Assembly (NCBI GenBank): GCA_001724265.1
Contig: MEDY01000102.1
Coordinates: 1-64,000, forward strand
DNA from: Rhizaria sp. SCN 62-66
Taxonomy: Eukaryota
Direction: 5' to 3'
DNA length: 64,000 nucleotides
In this document: piece after piece, positions 10,403 to 21,488 of the stretch
Position numbering within the stretch: position 1 is the stretch's first letter
Layout of the letters: the number at the start of each line of letters is the position of its first letter
Notes under the pieces: model-generated
Database searches by the model: none
Told to the model about the DNA's origin: nothing
Seen by the model: the letters and a program-made list of their open reading frames with translations, nothing else
Made by a program: the position numbers and the translations under genes

Positions 10403-11491
10403 TTAGTTGCGGTACCTGTACGCACTCTTGACGAAGAGCTTCTCGCCGTACTCCTCGACGGCAAGCACGCCCTGAGGCTCGTACGGGTACGGGACCTTGC
10501 CTCCGTGGTTGGGGCGCACCTGGACGCCGATCGAGATGAGGATCTCTGCGATCTTGGCCGCGTCGGCCGGGTGGACGTGAATGCAGCCAGCGCTGTTGGG
10601 CATGTCGAACGCCTCGTTCCACCCCGTCGCGTTGCTCCACGCGCCCGTGTGGATGAGGATGCCGTTGCGAACGCGCGGGACGAGGAAGCCCATGTTGCCC
10701 TCGAGCCCCTCGACGATGCGGTTCACCGGGTACGGCCCGTACAGATGCTGGTATTCGGGCGCGAACGCCTCGTTCAAGTCAATGCGCGCCAGCCCCGAGG
10801 GCGTGTTGCCGTTCGAGGTGAACGCGTTGAGCCCCGGCTCGCTGTCGAAGGTCGGCCAGTCCTCCTTGCCCACGGTTGAGTGCCCATGCAGACGCACCTG
10901 GAACGAGTGCAGGATCTTGTGGTTGGCGTCCAGCAGCAGCGCGCGGACCTCCTGGGCGCGCCGCGCGGGCTGTGGAACCCACACCTTGTACTTCCACCCG
11001 GCCGGCGCGGCGGCGTTCTTGCGGTCGTCGCGCCAGTCGTCGAGCGAGAGCACGGACAGCACGATACGCGCGGTGGCGAAGTCGAGCTTGCCGGTGGGGG
11101 TCAGCGTGCTACTGTGCATCACCTGAAACAGCTTGACGGCCGCGGCCGTGAGCGTGCCGAACTTGCCGTCGGGCGTGGGAACGTTGGTGAAGCGCGCGAG
11201 CAGGTTCTGGAGCACGTACACGTCGTTGCCCTCGTCGCCGTGCGCTAGCTCACGCGTGAAGGGGTAGGGGATCGAGTCGCCCATCGCGCGCGCGATCTCA
11301 ACGTCGGGCGTTACGGGTGCCGGCGCGGGGGACCGGTTCGCGTCCGTCAGCTCGTACGCAGAGCCGGGGTACGACCACACGGCGTCGTTGTTCGCGGCAG
11401 CGGCGACAGCGTGGGGGCAAGGCGCGGCGACAGTGCCAGTGGTCGTGGTCGCGGCCAGCACGGCACACGCAATGCCGAGGGATTTGAACAT
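10403..11491 (-). CDS. Secreted protein with a peptidoglycan-binding domain and a YkuD (L,D-transpeptidase-family) catalytic domain
   Basis: Signal peptide MFKSLGIACAVLAA. PG_binding_1 pattern L..GDEGNDVYVLQNLL...PDGKFGTLTAAAVKLFQ...LTPTGKLD.AT. NGNTPSG, then the catalytic pattern GILIHTG-(x)-SAGCIH. Stop is TAA. Confidence 0.8.
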   Translation of the reverse strand: MFKSLGIACAVLAATTTTGTVAAPCPHAVAAAANNDAVWSYPGSAYELTDANRSPAPAPVTPDVEIARAMGDSIPYPFTRELAHGDEGNDVYVLQNLLARFTNVPTPDGKFGTLTAAAVKLFQVMHSSTLTPTGKLDFATARIVLSVLSLDDWRDDRKNAAAPAGWKYKVWVPQPARRAQEVRALLLDANHKILHSFQVRLHGHSTVGKEDWPTFDSEPGLNAFTSNGNTPSGLARIDLNEAFAPEYQHLYGPYPVNRIVEGLEGNMGFLVPRVRNGILIHTGAWSNATGWNEAFDMPNSAGCIHVHPADAAKIAEILISIGVQVRPNHGGKVPYPYEPQGVLAVEEYGEKLFVKSAYRYRN

Positions 11492-11890
11492 GTCTGCAAT
11501 AAGGATACGGAGTATGACAAAGTGGATCCAGTCAGTCAGAGAAAAATATGCAGGAACGAATGCAGGGCAAAGGCATGACGGGTGCAACTGGGGCCAGGAC
11601 TGAGCTGACGCTATCAGGGATATAAAGTCAGCTTTAAAACTCGAACAAAATCGACCAGCACTTATGGCATAAGAGTATAATAGAAACTACATAGACTTCA
11701 CAATATTCCCTTAATTATGCATTCTGAATCGTCTCGTATGGCCGGTTTCTTCTTCTTTTCTGTTTCTCCTTTGGGCTGTTGCAACAGACCTCACACGGAC
11801 GCCAGCACCTAACCGCTCAATTTACTGTCCAGCGAGCTCAAGTCCTGCAACAAGACTTTCTAACGCTTCCAGGCGTTGACACATAGAGCC

Positions 11891-14800
11891 ATGAGTAACT
11901 CCCCCTTCGCGAGCTCGAGCGGGTTCTACACCGACGGCTCGTCGTCGTCGTATTACTCGCGGATATCTTCCTCCTCTGGCTCCGCCTCCGCGGCCGGCTC
12001 GAGCCTGCTCTCGCTGCAGCTGCAGGCTTCGGACCCCTTCTCCTCGGGCCCGCTCGGCTCCCCCGGTCTGCCGCTGATGGCGAGCTACGGCGACAGCTCC
12101 TCCTCGCTGCTGTTCACGGGGTCCGCCAAGAAGAAAGCCGTGACCAAGGACCACTACGGCTTTGCGGTCGACTCGGGCGAGCTAGTCGCCACCGTTCCCG
12201 CGCCCGCGCTGTCGGCGCGCGGGCTGCGCTACACGGCGGAGAAGCTTGCCGCGCACGACGCCGCGCGCGCGGCCGCGCAGACGCGCAGCGACAACGCGCG
12301 CGTGGCCAAGTGGGCCGACATGCTCGACGCCGGCCTCGAGGGCTTCGCCGTCGCCTTTCCCTCCAAGCTGCGCCGCCGCGCGCGGAGGGGCGTCCCGGCG
12401 CCGCTGCGCGGGCTTGTCTGGCTTAAGCTCTCCGGCGCGCAGGCGCTGCTGTCGGGCCAGGACCTGGGGCCGCTGCCCGCATCGCTCTGGGCCCTCGCGC
12501 TCGGCATGGCCCCGGGCTCAGTCCCAGTCAACGCTGCGAGCAGTGACAGGAGCACAGGCGCAGTGGACGGGGGCGTGATGGCGCACTCGGCGGCGCTGGC
12601 GCACCTGCGCGCCGCAGGGCCCGTTATCGAGGCCGCGCGCACACGCCTCGCAGCGGCCACCGCCGCCGAAACCGCCGCCGCCGCCGCTGCCGCCGCTGCC
12701 GTGGCTGCTGCTAGTGCGGGAGCATCGGATGCTGACGCCAACACGGCCGCCGCCGCGCTGGCTGCGGCTGCCGCCGCCTCCGCTGCCGCCGCGGAGGCGT
12801 CCGCCGCCGCCGAGGCCGCCGCCGCCGCCGCAGCAGCAGCAGCCGCTAGTGGCGGGAGCGGGAGCGGTAGCGGTTTGGGCGCCTACGCAGTGCCGCCCGC
12901 CAGTGTGGCCGCGGTGGCGCAGTACGACGCGTGGCTGTCGGTTGCGTCCGCGCAGCAGCACGCCCTTCGCGCCAGCACAGCCGCGCACGGACCCGCGCTG
13001 CCGCCCATGCATAACAGCAGCAACAACATGAGCAATACTGCGAAGACGAGGTTTGCGCCGACCGACGCGGCGGGTCTGGGTGCCGCCGCCGCCGCCGCGC
13101 TGGCCGCCGCGTCGTCCGGCTCCGGCTCCTCTGGCGTGGCCTCGACCGCGGCGGGCGCTGGCGCGGGCTCCGGCGCCGGCTCTGGGCTCGCCTGGCCGGA
13201 GTCCGCGGCCGTGGCGGCGACTGTGGGCGCGCTGTCCCCGCCCGATGGGGGCGCCGCGGGCGCGGGCAGCGGCGCGGTGCCGCCCGGCGTGCTGCTGTAC
13301 GCGGCGCTGGCGTCGCTGCCGGTGCCAGAATGGGAAGCCAAGATCCAGCGCGACCTGCACCGCACGCTGCCCCGCGCCGTGGCGCTGCGGGAGCGCGCGG
13401 GCGCGGGGCAGCGCGCGCTCGGCAACGTGCTGCGCGCGTACACGCTGTGGGACCCGCAGGTCGGCTACTGTCAAGGTACGCTATTGAACAACATGAATTC
13501 TTCGGTTGCTCATGTTGCATACATGTGGCTGACATGACATGATGGTTTGTTTCTATCGACCAATTGGTGGGTTTATTTTTGCAATGTTTTGCATATTACC
13601 GTAAATAGCTTTTTTTTTCTCACCATCCTATATCCGATCGTCATCTCTGTATTGCTCTTGCGCGACACTGTTTTATCCCTGTCTCTGCGCCACTGACACT
13701 CAGGTATGGGGTTCGTCGCAGCGCTGCTGTTGACGGTGATGCCCGAGCCGTGCGCGTTCTGGGCCCTTGTTTCAGTGCTCAACCGGCCCCGCTACGGACT
13801 GCGCGGCTTCTTCGCACCCGGAATGCCGCGTCTCGCCTCCGCGTTCTACCAGTATGAGGTATGTGTGACTTATTGCTAAAACTAAGGATATACTGTTGAT
13901 AACTGTAAATTTACACAACTTGCGGATATCATGTACATCAACATATCACCTAGCGATGTATGCGTAGTCCTGCTGTATCTCAGAGATACCGTTGAATCAT
14001 ACTCACGCATTAACATTTTGTAACATTCTTGTCTAACGCACCGCAGCGCTACCTGTCGCGGTACCTGCCACGCCTGTCCGCACACCTGGCGCACGAGAAC
14101 GTGCACCCGTCGATGTACGCGACGACGTGGCACATGACCGCGCTGGCGCTCGCCGTGCCGCTCGACTGCTCGCTGCGCCTCTGGGACGCCTTCCTCGTCG
14201 AGGGCTCGGCCGCGGTGCTGTCGGCCACGCTCGCGCTCATGGCCACCGCCGAGCCGCGGCTGCGCGAGCTCCGCTTTGAGGGCATTCTTGCGCACGTTAA
14301 GACGGTTGAGGGCGAGCTCGAGGCGGACGCGTTTGCGGCGGCGATGGCGCGCTTTCCGGTCTCACAAACGTACGTGAAATCAGCAAACATGCGCAAGTGA
14401 TCTAATCATTGTTCTATCTCAATTAAAACGATTTTTTGGGGGAATATTTCAATGCTTTGATGTTTGTGAGTCAATATTATTTTATTTGTCTAACTCACGT
14501 TTACTTTACTTCTCTCATTTTGCTTGTTTTCCGCTCCGCAGTGATTTGGCGACCCATTACGCCGCGTGGGTGCATTCCACCGGCATGCCCGCGCCCGCCT
14601 GGATCCAGCCGCCCATGGAGCGCGCCGCGGCTATGGCCGTCGCCATCTGGACCGCGCTTGGTGGCGCCCGCACGATCGCCGCCGCCAAGGCATCCACTGT
14701 GGCGGCCCTAGAGGAGCTCGCTCGCAGCGCGATCGGTCTTTCCGCCGCCGCCACTGCCGCGCACGCCGCGGCCGCAGCCAGCGGCAACGCCCCCGCGCTG

Positions 14801-17292
14801 AGTGTCGCGTCTGGCGCGGGCTCGGTCGCCGCGCTCTCGCCGCTGCCGCTGTCGCCCGCCGCCACGGCCGCCTTGTCTGCGGCTGGATCGGTTGGCAGCG
14901 CACCCACAGTCACCGGTACTGGTACCGCTGCTCCAGTTGCTGCGGCTGCTGCTGCTGCTGCGGTCACGGCGAGCCCCAAGGCCGTCGCCGCAGGCCGCAG
15001 CGATCTGACCGTGGCCACGACCGCGTTCTCACCCGCGGCGGAGGAGGGCGACGAAGACGACGATGCGGGGCCCATGCTGCCGTCTACGCCCTCGGTCGCG
15101 GCGCGCGCTACGCCCGCGGCCGCGCAGCAGCTGTCGCCGCTGTCGCTTGCGCTTTCGCTGTCCGCGCCCGCGCAGAGAGCGTCGGGCTCCGCCACGACCT
15201 CGCCCAACCGCACCGCTGCCGCCGCCGCCGCCGCCACCATTGCCAACACAGCTGTCAATGGTGTTGACAGTGTTGACAGTGCTGCAACTGTTGCGGCGGC
15301 GGCGGACGTGGGCTCATCACCGCTGCGCTCGCCGACCGCGTCTGCCGCCGCCTCGTTTGGCGGGGCCGGCATCGCTGCACTCCATAACAACGCGTCCGTC
15401 GCGGACGATATCGAGGCTGCTGCGAACATTCCTGCTGCTGCTACTGTTTCTGCTGCTGCAGCGACGCCTGCAGTGCCCGCGGCGCCCCGTGTCCCGCTCG
15501 CGGTCACCGAGGCCGCCGCCGCCGCCGCGCAGGCCGCCCGCGCCCCACTGTCCTCTGTGCGCGCGTCGGCCGCTCTGTGGGGGTTGTTTTCGTCCGCGTC
15601 GCTCAGCTACGACGACGTGCCCGCCGCCACGCTCTCGAGGTACGGAACAAAAGAAAAACAAAACTGGAGATGTCTACGTTCTCAAAATTATTTTTCACTC
15701 CACTCTGTCTGCTTCATCTATTTACTCTTCATTTTCCTTATCAAATCACCTTCATTATGTTCTTACGTATCGCTACCATTTTTTTCAGGCATATGCCGCT
15801 AGCTTCCGCTGCCGACGCCGACCTCGCGAGCTACATCAGCTCTCGCCTCTACAGCGCCACTGCCGGCGATTCCTGGCAGGCCGGCGACGCAGCTGACGCC
15901 AGCGCAGCCGCTGACAGCGCGGACAGCGCGAGTGCCAGAACGCGTGACTCTCGCGGGGAACCCGTGACGCTGGTGCACAGCGCCGCGTGTCCCGCTGTGT
16001 TCACGGCGCGCACCAGCAGCGGCCACAGCCCCGGCACGCAGTCCACGCCGCGGTCCACCGCCCGCTCCTTCGCCGGTGCTGGCCCCGCCCTCGGCAACAA
16101 GGGCCACGCCAGCTCCGCGACCGACGCCAAAGCCGAGGCTGCGGCTGCCGTGGAGGCGGCCAACTGGTATGCCTGGCTGTCCGCGGGCGGCGACGGCGCG
16201 GGCGACGGCGACGGCGACGGCGACGCCGACGCCGAGGCCGCGGCCGAGACGCGTCGCCTGCGCCGCGCATACGGCGCCTGGGCCGCATCGCACGCAGAAG
16301 CCGCGGCGCGTGAACACGAAGACCGCGCGCTTGCGCTGTCGAGAGCGCAGGATACCGCGTACACGCGCACAGCCATCCCCGCTCCCGTTTCCACCTCCGC
16401 CCAGGGGACCGCCGTTGTGGGCCGTGCTGTGTCGGGGCAGAGCGGCGCCAGCGCCAGTGCCAGTGCCAATAATGCGGCGTTTGTTAAGACTAGCGCGGGC
16501 GGTTTGGAGGGTTTCACGCGCATGCTCAGCGCGATGAAGACGGCGCCGCGCCCGACTACAGCGGCATCTGCAACGCCGACTCTTCTCTCTGCGCACCCGT
16601 CTCGCGCTCCCTCGCAGGCGCAGGCGCAGGCGACGACGGTGGCGGGCGCCGGGTTTGCCCGCCGCGTCCCCGCCTCTGCCACCGCAGCCACTGGCTCCAG
16701 CAGCGTCTCTCGCACGTCAAGTGGCGCGAGCGGCTGGGACCCGTTAGGAGCCGGCGTGACCGTGGGTGCCCGTGAGCACTCGACGCGCGCCGCCGCCGTG
16801 GTGCCGGCAAGCCACCGCTCAGCCAGTCACCGCGCCGCTGCACACCGCGCCGCCGCGGCACACGCCCACGGTCGCGCTGGAGCCGGGCTCGGTGTCGAGA
16901 GCGACGACGGCGACGACGACAGCGACGAGGATGGCGACAGGGACCGGCGCAATCGCAGTGTCAGCGCTGTCGCGGGCTCGAAGCCCGACCGGCTGAGCCC
17001 CGGGGCCGTGGCGGAGACGCCGTCGGGGCTGGCGCTGCAGCTGCACACCCACCACCCGCGTAGACTGGAGGACATGGAGGCCGCGGCGCAGGCCGAGGCT
17101 GATGAGTACTCCAAGCGAGAGGCCGCGGCTGCCGCGGCGGCTGTGGGCGCTGCGGCAGCCGCGGCGGACGCGCGCGGCGGCAAGCACGCACTGGAGCGCG
17201 ACCTGACGAACGACTTGGCGGTGCTGCATATGGTGATGAACCCTGAGCAGTCGCTGCTGGACGACAAGGAGCTGCTTTCACTTGGTGAGTGA
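11891..17292 (+). CDS. TBC-domain Rab GTPase-activating protein (exons 11891-13475, 13704-13858, 14047-14369, 14542-15639, 15789-17292)
   Basis: DHYGF, KW..ML, RRGVPAPLRGLVW, IQRDLHRT (Arg finger), GYCQG|MGF (Gln finger), MYATTW and LRLWDAF. All four GT-AG introns restore the frame. Stop is TGA. Confidence 0.88.
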
Positions 17293-17575
17293 GACGCGAC
17301 TTTGCGCTGAATTTCGGATATCGTGTTACCTTTCTGAGATATAACCAATTAAAACATGTTTAGATAGAGTAAATAAAAAATGTAATATTTTTATAACTTT
17401 AAAATCATGATATCATGAGTGTCAGCATGTAGCAAATTGCATCTTGACTGTGAGCGGCGTGCTACTTTTTCGGTCCTGGGCTCTGGCAAGCGGCGAAATC
17501 GGCTCGACGAGGGGCTGATGGCGAGACGGTGAGTTGCGCAACATTGGCTAGCTGGTTCGCAGGTAGAAATTCAAA

Positions 17576-18003
17576 ATGGTACGTGTCATCACTTTGCTCT
17601 TATGATATATGACGTAAACTCTCTATTTGTTAAATTGAGGCTTTCTTTGGCCCGTACTTTGCGTGGTACGGACTTCGATTAATTCACCATGCTCTGAGCG
17701 CCCACTCACCACGCTCCGCTTGTCCTTTTCGCGTCTGTTCATCCTCTTCCACCCCCTACAGGGCAAGCGCACTAAGAAGGTTGGAATCGTCGGTAAGTAT
17801 GGCACCCGTTACGGTGCTTCGCTCCGTAAGGTCGTCAAGAAGATTGAGGTTGCTCAGCACAGCAAGTACATGTGCCCCTTCTGCGGCCGCAACACCGTCA
17901 AGCGTGAGGCTGTCGGCATCTGGAAGTGCTCCAAGTGCGCTATCCCACCGCTGCTGCCACCCGCTCCACCATCCGCCGCCTCCGCGAGCAGAAGGAGTTC
18001 TAA
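17576..18003 (+). CDS. RPL37A: 60S ribosomal protein eL43 (L37a). Exon 1 is the ATG alone, intron 17579-17761. Frameshifting deletion at about 17939 as assembled.
   Basis: [24 protein letters not shown]...CPFCG...VGIWKCSKC. The conserved tail [19 protein letters not shown] lies in another frame (17944-18003, TAA). Confidence 0.92.
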
Positions 18004-18646
18004 GGTCACTGCGAAGTGTTAACGAGCAGAACAACAAATAGCGCAATTTTCTCATGACGTGCGCCCTCCAACGCGTACGTTGACGCTCTTGCTGATCCAG
18101 CGCGGTCTCACATGACTTGAACGTGCTTATGTAGCGCTTAATCGCTTTCGCTGTTTCCGTTCTCTTGCTTTGCTTAGTCAAATGAGCTCTGCACAGTGTA
18201 TGTCGACGGGCTCCAGAAAACTACTCTCTCTGGAGCTTCCGTACCATGCGCTGGAGAACGGAGCTGCGATTGTATGGCGCTGCTAGGTGCAGATAACGTT
18301 TGCTCCTGCTCGCTTGCGGACAGTGTGTAACGTTATGTGCACGCAAATGTGTTCTTGTTTCGCGTTTCGCGGATGCCTCAACAAGACTCCCCAAAATACA
18401 AAATTTATCTCAATAACGAGCGAAAGCTTTCTCAAGTCTATTATCTCACGATCACACCAAGTGCCACCATTGAAACGTATAACACCGATTCTCTTCTGTA
18501 TTTAACTATACCTAACTATCGTATTGGCCTTCTGACTCCTATTTCCTGGCCCGATGCTCTCCTCGCGACCAACTGTGCCCACAATGACTCCCTCACTCCC
18601 TCACTCGCTCGCTCACCGACCGACGAGCCCCACCGAGCCGCCCTCG

Positions 18647-20929
18647 TCACGGGTGGACAATGACGGCGCCCACAGGAGCGGCGGCGGCGTCGCGGAACGC
18701 CTGCCTGACGCGCGACAGCGGCACACGCTGCACCTGCACGGCGGGCACAAGGCCCTGCGCCGCGGCCACCAGCGCGTCCGAGAGCACGTGGCGCACGTCG
18801 CCCAGCCGCGAGGGCGCCAGCGCGTGCGCCAGCGGGCACAGGAACGCCACGCGCGCGCCGCGGAAGAAGAGCTGCGCCGAGCGCGCCGGGGTCAGCTCCA
18901 GGGCGCTGAGTGGTGGCGGGGGCGATGAAACACACAAAATGATTAGGTATGCGTGAGGGTGAGGGGTTATAGAGAGTTTAGCATTATCTTTAATATATAT
19001 AAACTTGATAACAGTATATATATCACGGGTTGGTTTGAATTTCGAAAACTAAGTTCAAAAGAAAAAGAAAGGAAACTGCATCGCGATGCCAAGAGGAATA
19101 GATAAGCGTGAACGTACCCATTTGCGACCACCCAGGTCGCGTGCGGCGCGAGACACGCAATAACGGTATCGGGTCCGACCGCGGGGCCCGCAGCGGCAGC
19201 GCGCGCGGCGGCGGCGGCGGCAGCGGTCACAGCCGAGCCACCGCCACGAATGGAGCCAGTGCTGCTGCTGCTGCTGCTGCTGCTGCTGCAGTTCGTGGCA
19301 CTAGAGGGCAAGTACGCCGACTCAAGCTTCGCCAGGCTAGCAGCGGTAGCGGCCGTACTCACGGACGCAGCAGGCGCCGCCACATGCGCCTTCTTAGCAG
19401 CACTAGCATCCACAGCTGCAGCTGCAGCTGCAGCAGCGGTTGCGTCGGCCGCAGTGGCATGCGCACCATTGCTCGCGCGCGCGTCGTCCTCATCCGGGTC
19501 CTCAAGTCCGCTGATGTCGAACGCACTCGCGCCGTCCGCACCGGCAGAGACCTTGCTGTCAGTCGCTCTACCAGCAGGACGCAATTGCGCCTGCGACTGA
19601 GCGCGTGCCTGGGCCGCAGCGGCGACCGAGGCCAGCGCAGCGCGCGCGGCGGGCGACAGACTACTGTCCAGCGCAGCCGCCGCCGCAGCAGCAGCAGTCG
19701 CCACGGCCGCCGCATCAGCGTCTACTCTCGCATGCGCGTTTGCGGTAGCGCTCGCAGCGGCGGAGGCGGCGAGCGCGTCAAACAGTGCCGCGCCGCTCTC
19801 CGCGCTCACCGCCCCGTTGCCCGCGCCCGCACCGGCGCCCGCAGCGCCCGCACCGGCACCAGCAGCGGCAGCTGCGGCAGCGGCGGAAGATGTGGCGGCG
19901 GTCGTGGCGGCGAAGGCGGGCGAGGGTGCCGAGAGGTCGACGATGAGGTCTGCGCCCAGCCCCGCGGACTCGGCTAGGACGACCGCCGCGAGGTCCGTGG
20001 CGCGCACATCAACGGCGCGCGCAACGGCGGGGCAGTCGGAGAAGAGGTTGAGCGCGGCCGAGGACGCGACGGCGACGACGACGCGGCAGCGCAGGCGTGC
20101 GGCGAGCAGCGGCAGTAGGGTGTCTGCGCCCGAAGGCGGCACGATCACCACGACAAGGCTGCCAGGGCGCAGGGACGAGAGCTGGTACAGCGCGGCGTAC
20201 GCGCGCAGGGCCGGCCACAGCAGCGCGGCTGCTGAGTCAAACGACAGCGCGAGCGCGGACGACGACGATGACGAAGATGAGGAAGTGGAAGAAGCTGCAC
20301 TCGTACGAGAAGTGGTGCCTGCGTCAGAGAACGAAAACCCTGTCAAATTGTTGCTGGCATTGCTCGCACTAACGGCCAACGCGCTATTGCTGGAGCTGCT
20401 GCTATTGGTGGTCGAGGCGGACACGGCGGAGAACGCGGAGGGAATGGGCGTGACGTAGGCGGCCGGGACGCAGGCGAACTAGCCGAGGCCGCCCGAGTGC
20501 GACTCTGCGGCCGGCGACGCAAGGGCAACCACGCGCATGCCGGGCGTAAGGTCCACAACGTCGGCGCCGACCGCGGCGACGGTGCCCGCAAAGTAGAAGC
20601 CGCCGACGCGCGGCGTGTCGGGCGAGGCGGCGGCGCGTGCGGGGGTGAAGGGGAGAAAAGCGCCCTGGCGGTGGTCCAGGTCGTCGGGCGTCAGCGCGCA
20701 CGCGTGCACGCGCACGATAACGTCGCTGGGGCCGCAAGTGGGCACGGGGTGCTGTGTATAAGGTATATCGAAACAAAACAGAGATGGTGGTGAGGTGCTT
20801 GAGTGATGCAAACAGGAGCAGTGAGATTGAAGCAAAGGAGAAGAGGGTGCGTACCGTTGTCGAGTACTGGAGCTCGTCATTGTAGCTGGTCAGCACTGCA
20901 GCCTGCATAAACTGCAATGACGCAGACAT
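18647..20929 (-). CDS. CRYZL1: Quinone oxidoreductase-like protein 1 (MDR family), about 655 aa (exons 20929-20855, 20751-19118, 18905-18647), with an internal in-frame TAG at 20481-20479
   Basis: VIVRVHACAL, FAGTVAAVG.DV...PG.RVV, LRAYAALY.L..LRPG, ESAGLGADLIVD, IACLAPHATWV and LELTP..S..LFFRGA.VAFL follow the CRYZL1 order on both sides of the TAG. Terminal stop is TGA. Confidence 0.8.
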
Positions 20930-21488
20930 TATTACTGTGTGAGAAGTAAAACAAAGGTTTTGGTATTACTGGAGGCGTGTCGTGGGGAGGAGGTGGGCAG
21001 GACAATGGGAGACTGACGTGAGCAAACGTATGACATTTTGTTCGAGGTATTGTGCATGACATATAAGGATTAGAAAGACTTAATAAACATATAAGCCGTA
21101 ATTTCAACTTCAATTTGTGAAACCACAAACCATATCGCTAACAACGGATGTTACATGTTAGGAGCAAAGTAGTCAGCGATGACATCACAAGAAGATATCC
21201 AAGGCTCCACTCCCAAAAGTAGCAAAAATGTGTGTATAAGATGATCTAAATAGCATTGATGAAGAGGTCAAGCGACGCACAAAATAAGGGCGCCGCGCTA
21301 TCTCGCACATAATAATTAATGAAACAAACACTGTTCGATCTTCAAAGCACAGATATGCGCTCACAGTACAGCAAATAGACAACAGAGTAACAATACAGCA
21401 CACAGAGACTGCGCACAACACGACAAACAAGAACAAACACAGCATGTACACATGAGTAACAAGGATAGATTGCGGCGTATCACCCCAC

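Noticed and set aside
20479-20481. Pyrrolysine or selenocysteine as the explanation for the internal stops
   Set aside because: Selenocysteine uses UGA, and pyrrolysine is known only from archaea and bacteria. Neither site is a catalytic position.
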